64,000 nt of DNA, from NCBI GenBank assembly GCA_964188305.1, contig OZ076886.1; one strand, 5' to 3'. The DNA comes from Podarcis bocagei. Lineage: Eukaryota. The notes below the pieces were generated by a model. That model saw only the letters and a program-made list of their open reading frames with translations. It did no database searches and was not told where the DNA came from. This document shows, one piece after another, positions 49,440 through 59,906 of the stretch; within the stretch, counting starts at the first letter, position 1; each line of letters opens with the position of its first letter. The translations under genes and the position numbers were made by a program.

Positions 49440-50050
49440 AAATCTGTAGCCAGATGAAAACAACTTGGAAACTTCAACCGGTTCAAAATTCAGCACCCCG
49501 ATTGCCTTTAAAAGTCATACAGCTCCCATTCTGAAACAGCTGCATTGGTTGCTAATTCATTTCTGAATTCAATTTAAATGACTTAGGTCCCAAATATCTG
49601 AGAGACTGCTTCTTTCCCTACAGACCCTCTCGGGCTTTAAGAGCAGCAGGAAAGGGTCTCCTGATACTAGCTCTGCAGATTTCAGAAGTTGGGGATTGGG
49701 TGGCCTAGTAGAGGGCATTCTCTGTGGCAGCTCCTAAATTGTGGAACTGCCCACAGAGGTGCAGGTGAATGCTGGAGACACACCTCTTTGCCCTGATCTT
49801 TGCCAGATGTGTGTTTTTAGGACCCACCCTATTCATAGCTGTCAACTTTCCCCCTTTTTTAAGGGAAATTCCGTTATTCCGAATAGGATTCCTCACAAGA
49901 AAAGAGAAAAGTTGACAGCTATGACCCTATTCCTGTGACTGTAGTGCAATTTTAAGTATTTTTAATACTGAATTTTAAATTGTTGTAACCCGCTTTGGGA
50001 CCTGCTGGTTAATTCTTTTAATATAGTTATGATAATGGTAACAATAATAG
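49440..50050 (+). mobile_element. Old L2-like 3' fragment
   Basis: KLQPVQN..LKQLHWL..RAFSVAAPKLWN remnants. Confidence 0.65.
49834..49923. mobile_element. 90-bp hAT-like MITE
   Basis: Perfect TIR CATAGCTGTCAACTTT; perfect 8-bp TSD ACCCTATT. Confidence 0.88.
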
Positions 50051-50313
50051 ATAAACTATTTCAAAACTGCTTTATGTTTACACTGTAGACATACACTAAT
50101 GAAAAGCTGGTCTTTCCTTACATGGAAATGTCAGTCTGTTCACAGATGCCACCATACCTTTAAAGCACATACCTCCCACCCCCCTGCAAGAATACAGGGA
50201 ACTGTAGTTTACCCCTCACCTGTAATGTCTTTCCTGGCTTCCTAACACAGCAGGTTGCTGCTGCTTAGCAAGGGGAGGGGCAAGGTGTGTGGGGAGTTTG
50301 GTGCAGTGCAGCA

Positions 50314-51096
50314 CATAGAATCCTAGAGTTGGAATAGACCAAAAGGGCCATCGAGTCCAACCCCCTGCCAAGCAGGAAACACCATCAGAGCACTCCTGAC
50401 ATATGGTTGTCAAGCCTCTGCTTAAAGACCTCCAAAGTAGGAGACTCCACCACACTCCTTGGCAGCAAATTCCACTGTCGAACAGCTCTTACTGTCAGGA
50501 AGTTCTTCCTAATGTTTAGGTGGAATCTTCTTTCTTGTAGTTTGGATCCATTGCTCCGTGTCCGCTTCTCTGGAGCAGCAGAAAACAACCTTTCTCCCTC
50601 CTCTATATGACATCCTTTTATAGATTTGAACATGGCTATCATATCACCCCTTAACCTCCTCTTCTCCAGGCTAAACATGCCCAGATCCCTTAGCCGTTCC
50701 TCATAAGGCATCGTTTCCAGGCCTTTGACCATTTTGGTTGCCCTCCTCTGGACACGTTCCAGTTTGTCAGTGTCCTTCTTGAACTGTGGTGCCCAGAACT
50801 GGACACAGTACTCCAGGTGAGGTCTGACCAGAGCAGAATACAGTGGCACTATTACTTCCCTTGATCTAGATGCTATACTCCTATTGATGCAGCCCAGAAT
50901 TGCATTGGCATTTTTAGCTGCCGTGTCACACTGTTGGCTCATGTCAAGTTTGTGGTCAACCAAGACTCCTAGATCCTTTTCACATGTACTGCTCTCAAGC
51001 CAGGTGTCACCCATCTTGTATTTGTGCCTCTCATTTTTTTTGCCCAAGTGCAATACTTTACATTTCTCCCTGTTAAAGTTCATCTTGTTTGTTTTG
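50314..51096 (-). mobile_element. Young CR1 3' fragment
   Basis: Uninterrupted ORF2 C-terminus ([27 protein letters not shown]..); near-identical to 45042-45531. Confidence 0.93.
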
Positions 51097-51824
51097 GGTG
51101 GCAGAAGCATTGGATTGGCTCCAGGAGAGCCACAAGTGTCCCAGCCATACTGCCTCACTGGCTGCTACTGCCCATCACAAAGCTACAGTTACTGGCACCC
51201 TTGACAAACACTTTCCTTGGGGAATTATTGGGCAGCGGATGTGCTTCAAATGTACTTCAAAAGTTATGGTGTGCAATCTGCTCCTCTCAACTCTGTGTTC
51301 TTGGATTCTAAGCTGCTCCTCTGTTCATGCAAAATGGAGGAGATGAATTTCGACCACTTCCTCCTGCAGCTTCCACAGGCAGAAAACCCCTCACCAGTCT
51401 CAAGGCCCCTCCATCTGTCCAGGGTCAGATTTGCAGGGGCAAGGGGCAGATAGGAAAGCCCCATTCCATTAACCTTTATTCTGTTCCTAAAAGCAAAGTT
51501 CTGATCCAAGCCACTGAGTCATTATTTTTCATACGCAGGGACTACTGCAAAGTGTACAGTAGAGAAGCCATATTGAATCCTTGTGTGGCTTTCTCTTTAG
51601 CCATGTAAAGTGGCAGTCTTTCTGTGTTTTCCTGAAAAGGATTACAGAACAGGTCTAGTTGTTTGAAATTCTCTTTCAAGGCTGTTAATCATTGTTCAGA
51701 TATAAATAAATAGTCTGTAGCATCACTTAGTTGGGATTTAAAAGTAACGGGAGGGATTCATAAAGTAAAACATCATCTTTATAAACAAATGCAATTAGTA
51801 GGATCTCATTCTGAAAGGACTGGG

Positions 51825-52234
51825 TACAGATAGGTAGCCGTGTTGGTCTGCCATAGTCAAAATAAAAAAATTCCTTCCAGTAGCACCTTAAAGACCAACT
51901 AAGTTAGTTCTTGGTATGAGCTTTCGTGTGCATGCACACTTCTTCAGATACACTGAAACAGAAGTTGCCAGATCCTTCTATATAGTGAGAAGGTGGGGAG
52001 GGGTATTACTCAGAAGGGTGGTGGGAATGGGAGATTGGCAGATAGCTGAGATGAGCCTGTTGACGACTCTTAACGACTGTAATAGGTCTTACAGGTAAAG
52101 GCAAGGGGTGAGAAGGTGAGAAATGGCTTAGTCATGTATAGTGAGATAAGAATCCAATGTCTCTGTTCAGGTCTCTCCATGGTTTTAAGTTTGGTAATGA
52201 GTTGCAATTCAGCAGCTTCTCTTTCCAGTCTATG
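51825..52234 (-). mobile_element. Penelope-like element 3' fragment (GIY-YIG C-terminus plus pseudo-LTR)
   Basis: RLEREAAELQLITKLKTM..LNRDIGFLSLY; 12-bp flanking direct repeat GAAAGGACTGGG (51813-51824, 52235-52246). Confidence 0.85.
51914..51951 (-). ncRNA. Minimal type-I hammerhead ribozyme motif
   Basis: GUAU-CUGAAGA-A-GUGUG(CAUG)CACAC-GAAA-GC-UC^AUAC. Confidence 0.7.
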
Positions 52235-52344
52235 GAAAGGACTGGGGTTGGGGAAATATGCTGACTGTAATTTTTGCGTCTCATTGCCATTCAACTCTCA
52301 CTTTACAAAATTCTCCTTTATATATCTTTCAGCTAAGATTTCAC

Positions 52345-52430
52345 TTTATGCCTCTGATAAGGCGGTCTCGAGCCCACATATGTTTATGCCATAATAAATT
52401 TGTTAATCTTTAAGCGGCCACAAGGCTCTT
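52345..52430 (+). mobile_element. Degenerate Penelope-like pseudo-LTR fragment (second family)
   Basis: CTGATAAG..CCCAC..TTATGCCATAATAAATTTGTTAATCTTTAAGCGGCCACAAG; hammerhead core eroded. Confidence 0.5.
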
Positions 52431-54840
52431 TGATTGGTTTTTCTCCCAAATGAAATCCAGGATCCAGTATATGTTGAACAAAGGCAAAATACTTTTCCAT
52501 TGGCTTAACAAACTTTTAATGGGCTGCTCTAATACAAGGAAATGTTACACTTAACAAGGATTTCTGAAGTTTATCTTACTTACTCTGACAAAAGGCATAC
52601 TGAACAAAAGATTTGCAAACACCTTCATTTTGCTCATCCCCTTTCTGTACCTGTGTCATTAAATGCCACTAATTTGAGATCTTTGTGACTCATAATCTCC
52701 AAACCAGGGTTGTTTAGGAAATCAATAGATGCAGCTAATGTTATTATTCAGTGGATTAACTCACTGTTTCCTTAATCATTGTCTTGTTAATCTTATTTGC
52801 TTTTTTCTCTCCATTCTATAGAACTGATTATTTTGTAATTGGATCAATGTCTCTAAAGCCTCATTTACTTCCGGCAAAAAAGTTTGGAAAATGCCAAAAC
52901 AGCACTGTAAACAGTGTAAATTAACTTCTGACTAGGAAAAGAGTGTCTTCAATGATCACCAAGCAGAACAAATGCCATCTCCGCTTACCAGTGAGATCTA
53001 CATTTTTCATGTAACTACTGGACTGTAATGGAGTAATTGGAAATCTATAGTAGCATGCCAATGGCCTTAACCTGGATAGACTGAGATTTATAACATTGTT
53101 TTGGTGTAAATCCCATGTTACTCGAGAGGAGTTACTTCCAAGTATACCTGCCTATGGTCAGTCTCCATAACTGCAGTTCTTAACCAGTTCTGACCACAGA
53201 TGTGGGAGTAAGAAAAAGCACATAGAGCTGCGCAAACTGGGTACTTTTTAAAAATTAATTTGGAATGCCCCACGGTAGGTAAAATGGATTCCCAGTAGTA
53301 CTGAAGTAATTTTCAGATGAGCTCTTGGAAAGTATTGAGCACAGTTGCCTAGCATAGCTGGCTTAAAGTTTGCATTCCATTTTCACCCTCTGCAGAATGA
53401 CCTCTGCATGAGTAATAGAAAACAAATCACTACACTTGGCAAAATTACAAAACGCAGTAAATTGAATTCCTCCTAATCTCTGTGGTGGCAGGGCACTTGC
53501 TCTTGGCAGTGAGATACTGGAGTGCCAGCATTATAAGCACTACGTTTAACTGTGGGCCTATTCACTTGCTGTTTTACAAGAAGAAAGCTCAACTCGGTAC
53601 AAGTCTCAGACAGGTCCTAGCACCAGAGTGAAAGGACGACTTGTCTCCTTGGACTAAACAGAGAGATCCTAATACTGTGTCCTGTGATCTCTCGCTTTTG
53701 CTCATTAGAGCAGAGGAGCTGGCTGCTTTAGTTATAAGCATTTAAAAACACAATAAATTAACTGTGTTTGTTTTCCTTCGGCACAAGGTCTGATCAGCTC
53801 CATTTCACTGATTGTAACCATCTTGCCTGCTTTATCTAGTATACCATGATAAGGGTTGTTGTGTGTTTAAGAGGGTGTTTGTATTACGTAGCAGGCTTTC
53901 ATTGGAATGCATATATATGCCTCGTTTTCTTGGAATTTCTAGATTTTCATAGTGAGCTGTACAATTTGTGAAGAATACAGTTTTTAACTGTATGATGCAC
54001 AAGTGTTATTTTAAATCACACCATCAGAATGTATTTCCCACTTCTGCCTGTTCACTATACTCTTCTGCTGATTTTTCCTGTGCGCGCTCTCTCCCTCCCC
54101 CCCCCCATAATCTTCACATCTCTTAATAGTCTTAATAACTGTGATGGTAAAGTCATTTCCCAGGGTACCCCTGTCTGCATAGTGTTTGCTTTTTGAATGG
54201 TTTTATCTGCCTTAACTCCACTTTTCTAGGAGTCATATTTTATAGGAAAATGTGAACACGCACACCAGTCTTCCATTGTTTATGTATGTTGTCTTTTTGA
54301 AGTTTATTTAGCTCTTGTATTGAATTGCTTAACACTGCTCAGTTGAGATGCGATTTATATAGGAGATGCAAAATATTGAAAAATCTGATAAGAAAAATCT
54401 TGGCTAGCACAGAACAGGACAATATAGTAGCCACACCAACAAGATAGTGATCAAGGCCCTTCACTGCACAATTCTATTAGAATGGAGATGTAGGCAGCAC
54501 CAAAAAGAGAACAAAGGGGGACACATTTGCATAAAAACTGCATGTGTTAATGTATACATATCAATGCAAATTTAGAAGTAATTGCTGTCATTTAAATAGA
54601 AATGTAGCACATCTCACTAGGAGAATTGTGTCCCTGCTCAGTCTGGTGCCCAAGGGCTAATTCTTGTTGGGAAACTTTCCCTCCTTGCCTCCCTCCCATC
54701 CATGGTTTAAACTGGACTTGGACCAGACAGCCCTTCAAATAGAGGACTGCCCTTTGTGGAGTAGGGCACATGGCCACATGAAATCCTATACACATTTACT
54801 CAGAAGTAAGTCCCCTTTGTTCTAAGAGGCTTTATTCCTA

Positions 54841-55210
54841 GGGTGGCACTGTGGTCTAAACCACTGAGCCTCTTGGACTTGCCGATTGGAAGGTGGGCAG
54901 TTCAAATCCCCGTGACAGGGTGAGCTCCCATTGCTTTGTCCCAGCTCCTGCCAACCTAGCAGTTTGAAAGCACACCAGTGCAAGTAGATAAATAGGTAGC
55001 ACTGCGGTGGGAAGGTAAACAGCATTTCTGTGCACTCTGGCTTCAGTCACTGTTGCGCCAGAAGTGGTTTAGTCATGCTGGCCACATGACCCAAAAAGCT
55101 GTCTATGGGCAAATGCCGGCTGACTTGGCCTGAAAGTGGAATGAGTGCCTCACCCCATAGTCACCTTTGACTGGACTTAACCGTCCAGGGGTCCTTTAGC
55201 TTTTACCTTA
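54841..55210 (+). mobile_element. Sauria SINE
   Basis: Same head, core and tail as other copies; more diverged. Confidence 0.88.
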
Positions 55211-55636
55211 CTCCTAGGTTGGTATGAGTACTACTGCAGTCTCATTCTCACAAACAGCAGATGAACTAGTAAACTGATTACTAGTTTGTACCTTTGCAGT
55301 CTACGGTTGGGGCCCCCAAAAGTGCCCTGCACCCAGAAGGTGAAATGTCAGTGGAAAGTCTAGGCTAGAACACTTTTCCCCTGACATCTCACACTTGCAG
55401 TCTGAAGTGCCCCTGAAACAGGTTTACCTCATCTATTTGTGAGGACTAGGCCCAAGTCGGGACATGAAATCCAAACCAAACTTTCTAACCACTGCCTAAC
55501 ACTTCCCTCATGAGGGAAACCGTTGGGCATCATGTATTGTCTCCAAAGGGGCTGCTGCTGAATTTGTTCAACATTTTTTGGTGTCTTCTCAGCATCTCAC
55601 AAATACCACAGCAAAGTTTGGGTTTTGTGTGTCATG

Positions 55637-55655
55637 AACCCCCTCTGGTGGCACC
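55637..55655 (-). promoter_or_regulatory. Candidate CTCF motif
   Basis: Minus strand GTGCCACCAGAGGGGGTT. Confidence 0.4.
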
Positions 55656-56329
55656 GTGTAGACTTGCAGTTTTAAACTAGTCAAAAGAAAACCTTGGTGA
55701 CCCCAAGTTTGACAAGGCCTGTTTTACAAGGTTAGAAAGCCAGCAGACAGTAATAATCAAAATCTATATGGCTTAAGGTGAAAACAGTCTGCTGAAAACA
55801 GGAACACTATAATGTTATGATATGAGATAATTGCACACTGCTATTCACAGCAGACAGAATAATACAGCTTAAAAGTTTTGAAAAATGCAAATTCAGATTA
55901 GGGCAATACTGTTATTAGCCCAACCCAAATGTCATGAAATAGTCACCTTCAAGTTCCCAGAAATCTTCATCAGGCCTTAAAAAAAAAAGCTGGGTGTTGT
56001 TAGCCAAGCTGTCTATGTGTGCATCCTGTAAGTTTTATATTGTGTGGGAGGAGCCAGCAGGGATTCAAATGAGGCACTTTCAGGTGCTTTCCAATTTCAT
56101 GTTGCACAGAAGCCCCATGGGAAGAACAAAAATCATATCCACTGTGTATAATTGCCCTAATATGAGTACCAGAATAATAGGGCTAAGTCAAACAAACCTC
56201 ACAGTTGCATGAGCCTAGGCTGACTTAGGACCAAAGTAGACCTGACTTTAACTACATTATTGGCTCTTGCATACTTCGCTGTTGTTTACCAAATAGCTGC
56301 AAGGGTGGGAATCTGGATTGGGACTGTTG

Positions 56330-56440
56330 TTGATGTTGACTGTCGCCAAATCTCCAGGATTTCAAGCAAGAGTCCCCCAGGGATTGAACCTGGGACTTCT
56401 TGTAGGCAAAGCACCTGCTGTACCACTGACCTATGCCCTT
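56330..56440 (-). mobile_element. tRNA-derived SINE (Squam3-like)
   Basis: Minus strand TAGGTCAGTGGTACAGCA A-box and GGTTCAATCCC B-box. Confidence 0.6.
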
Positions 56441-56594
56441 GACCACTCCTGATCCAGACCACCCATTTACCCACCCAATGATTGCCTTTGGTAAACAAAA
56501 ACCAAGCACATCACTTCTAGTTTGGCTCTGATAAATCTGACAGAGTCAAACCTTTGGTTTCTCTAGTCAAATACTATTTGCTGTGTCTGGCATT

Positions 56595-56730
56595 GACTCT
56601 CCAAGCCTCAGGCAAAAATGTTTCCCAGCCCTTCTACCTGAGGTGCTTTTTAACAGGAGATGCCAGGGATTCAACCTGAAACGTTATGCATGCAAAACAT
56701 GTACTCAAGTCTGTCCACCGAACTGCAGCC
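56595..56730 (-). mobile_element. tRNA-derived SINE (Squam3-like)
   Basis: GGAGATGCCAGGGATTCAACCTG..TGCATGCAAA pattern. Confidence 0.55.
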
Positions 56731-57021
56731 TCTGAAAGCCAAGCGCTCTACTGAATTCCACATGGATCAGGGTTTGGCAAAGGCAATTGACTGCAACCAC
56801 AGCTTCTTAATTTGGCTTTCATACAATGAACTAATTCAGCCAAGAGCACAGCACCTAAGGCTGTTTCAAAGTCAGAGCTGTCATGGGGGGAAATGTAGGT
56901 CCTGACTTAACCAGTAGCATTGTTTTGTTCTGTGTACATAGGATTACTTGAGATTAAAAGTAATGGCATGTTTTCTTCTACAAAGCCTTCAGAACAAAAA
57001 AAATATGGGAAACTGTTAGGA

Positions 57022-57157
57022 CAGTGTTTCCCACCCTTAAGTTGCCAGCTGTTTTTGGACTACAACTCCTATCATCCCTAGCTAGCAAGACCAGTGGTCA
57101 GGGATGATGGGAATCGTAGTCCAAAAACAGCTGGAGACGCAAGGTTGGGCAACACTG
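57022..57157. mobile_element. Palindromic hAT MITE
   Basis: TIR CAGTGTTTCCCACC / GGTTGGGCAACACTG; TSD TGTTAGGA/TGTTAGGG. Confidence 0.8.
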
Positions 57158-57329
57158 TGTTAGGGTAAAGGAAATGCTGAGGGGGACACGGAAAATCCCT
57201 AAGGGGAATTTTTGGAAGTTACATTTCCAGAGCTGGAGGAAGCTTGCGAGTGGATGGGAGTGGAGAGGTGAAGAAAACAAAAGGAATAAGCCTTTTGTGG
57301 ACAATCCCAATTCAAAGTGCTGGATTTAA

Positions 57330-57760
57330 CCTATAAAACTAATTGGCAACCAGTGCAATCAGGCCAGGATTGGTATTATATGCTGTCTTTCCCCAGTGAG
57401 CAACCTGGCCACTGAATTCTGCACCAGCTGAAGTCTCTGAAGTGTCTCCAGAGGCAGCCCCACGTATAATGCTTTGCAGTAATCTAACGTAGAGGTTGCC
57501 AGGGCATAGATGACAGAAGTTAGGCCTTTCCTGTTCAGATAGGAACACAGCTGGGTCACCAGCCAAAGCTGATGGAAGGCACTCTGCACCACTGAGCCAT
57601 CTCAGACTCCAGTAGCAGCAATGGATCAGAAAGACCTCCGAGCCAAGTACCTGCTCCTTTAGAGGGAGTATAAGCCTATCAAGAGCAGGCAACCTCCCAT
57701 TCATCTGGTCTAGATTGAGCTTCTGTTTGTTTACTCTCATCCTGTCCATTACTTAGGCAA
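57330..57760 (-). mobile_element. L2-like RT C-terminal fragment
   Basis: ALATSTLDYCKALYVGLP..LQRLQLVQNSVARLL. Confidence 0.8.
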
Positions 57761-58034
57761 AACCATCGGTCCAGCACATCCACTGCCACATCTGCAGGTG
57801 TAAAGAAGAAGATCTGGAAACAACCATCCAAGTAGGACCAGAACCATCACAATGCAGAGCCACCCACCCCCAACCCAGACAGCCACTTCTGGAGGATACC
57901 ATGTTACTGAAAGCAGCTGAGAGGTCAAGAAGAGTTTATTCCTCTAGAGGGCAATCTTTGTGCATCTTTACCCCCTTGTCCTATGCTTCAAATTTCCTTC
58001 AGGAAGGCTGAGCAGTGACTTAATCAGGATACTC

Positions 58035-58544
58035 CAGGGGTTTTCAACCAGTGTGCTGTGGCACCCTGGGGTGCCTTGAATGATGGTCAGGGGTGCTGCA
58101 GGCAACACCAACCTCTGTCCCTCTTTCCTTCCCTCCCTCCTCTGATGCCCTCTCATGTCTCTGCCTCCCAAAGGCTTGAACAGCTGTTTGTTGCAGCAGC
58201 CCTGACTACAAGCTCCCCAGGTGAATGATGCCTCTGGGGCTGGCCAGGGGGTGCTTCCCAGGCCCCTGTGGGGCAGTAAGAGGACGCACCTCTCTTTGGG
58301 GCAGGGAAGCAGCTCACAGACCAGGGGCAGCCGCTGCAGCTTCCTGGAGGACTCCCAAAGAGAGGGGAGAAGAGAGGAGGCTGAGGGAATACTTCGCAAG
58401 GGAGGGTGTTTGAAAAGGGGTGAGGGACTGCCAGCTCTGCAGGCAAGGGGTGACACAACTGGGCTCCTGAGTCCCACAAGGGTGCCACAGAAAGAGTGTG
58501 GTTGGTCAAGGGAGCCATGGACTCAAAAAGGTTGAAAACCTCTG
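58035..58544. mobile_element. Non-autonomous hAT (Charlie-like) element
   Basis: TIR CAGGGGTTTTCAACC / GGTTGAAAACCTCTG; TSD GGATACTC/GGATACCC. Confidence 0.85.
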
Positions 58545-59490
58545 GGATACCCTATAGTCAGACCTCAAAGAAAGAGAGAGTGGGAAGGTTTTTTTAAACC
58601 AAGCTATTACAAGTGGCAAGAAAAAAAGGACACGCTGAAAAATATTCATCTTCCGTGGTGAAACACTGCAACCAAATGATGTGCAGTTACAGTTACCATG
58701 TGGAGCAATTTAAAGCAACCCAGTATGTAAACCAGCCCTTAATTAAGTTTATACAACAATTATTGACAGCTACAGCTAAAAAGCCATGTAATGCTATTTC
58801 CGCTTCATTCTTCCACATAGAAGCTCCCAGCCCCCACTGTTCACTATCCAAAATACTTTCACCTGTACAAATATGCTCCTGCACAGTACATTCACAGGTA
58901 AGTGTTATCATGGGGGGTGGGGGGAGGCAAAGAAATATCATCAAATGATCACTCATTCTCTTGACAAGCGGTTCTCAAACTTTTTCTCTGGGCCACACTT
59001 TCAGAATAAAAATTTGCTTATGCCACATCAAACATTTTATTGAAAAGTAATACACTGAAAAACAAAAACAATAAATTCCTAGCAGTACTTGATTTATAAC
59101 ATAGAACATAACTACTTTATGATATGATAACGGGACATCCAGAAAGTATTAAACAATGCAGCTACAAAAAAACACGAATCCTTTCCCCAAAATAATTATA
59201 AACGAACCTCTTACCTGCAAGTATAGGGCCGAATGTAAATTTAATAAATTAATAAAAATATGTCCCCTAAGTATGTATATAAACTCAATTATTTGATAGC
59301 CCTGTAAAGATGTAACCCTAGAGACATTAATTTGGAATGATTCCCACTGAACTTCATGCCAAGGGTGTGTACACATATTTGATTTCTGCGTGCAGGGAAT
59401 GTATCCATGGGAAAATTCTACATGCAGGGAATATAGGGGCATGGATGGGTGCATGTGAACACATGGAAGCCAGTTATCTGCCAAATTAAA

Positions 59491-59830
59491 GTGGCGCTGT
59501 GGGTTAAACCACAGAGCCTACGACTTGCCAATCAGAAGGTCAGCGGTTCAAATCCCCGTGACGGGGTGAGCTCCCATTGCTCGGTCCCTACTCCTGCCAA
59601 CCTAGCAGTTCGAAAACATGTCAAAGTGCAAGTAGATAAATAGGTACCGCTCTGGCAGGAAGGTAAACGGCGTTTCCGTGTGCTGCTCTGATTTGCCAAA
59701 AGTGGCTTAGTCATGCTGGCCACATGACTCGGAAGCTGTACGCCGGCTCCCTCGGCCAATAAAGTGAGATGAGCACCACAACCCGAGTCGGTCATGACTG
59801 GACCTAATGGTCAGGGGTCCCTTTACCTTT
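59491..59830 (+). mobile_element. Sauria SINE
   Basis: Head, core and CCTTTACCTTT tail. Confidence 0.9.
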
Positions 59831-59906
59831 AAGCCCAGCCCAAATATTGGGGGGGGGGGGGCTGAAGACATAATCATCAACCTAATGGCCACTGCCATTT
59901 CAAATA

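Noticed and set aside
50385-51158. 257-aa ORF as a gene
   Set aside because: C-terminus of CR1 ORF2 fused by chance to flanking sequence
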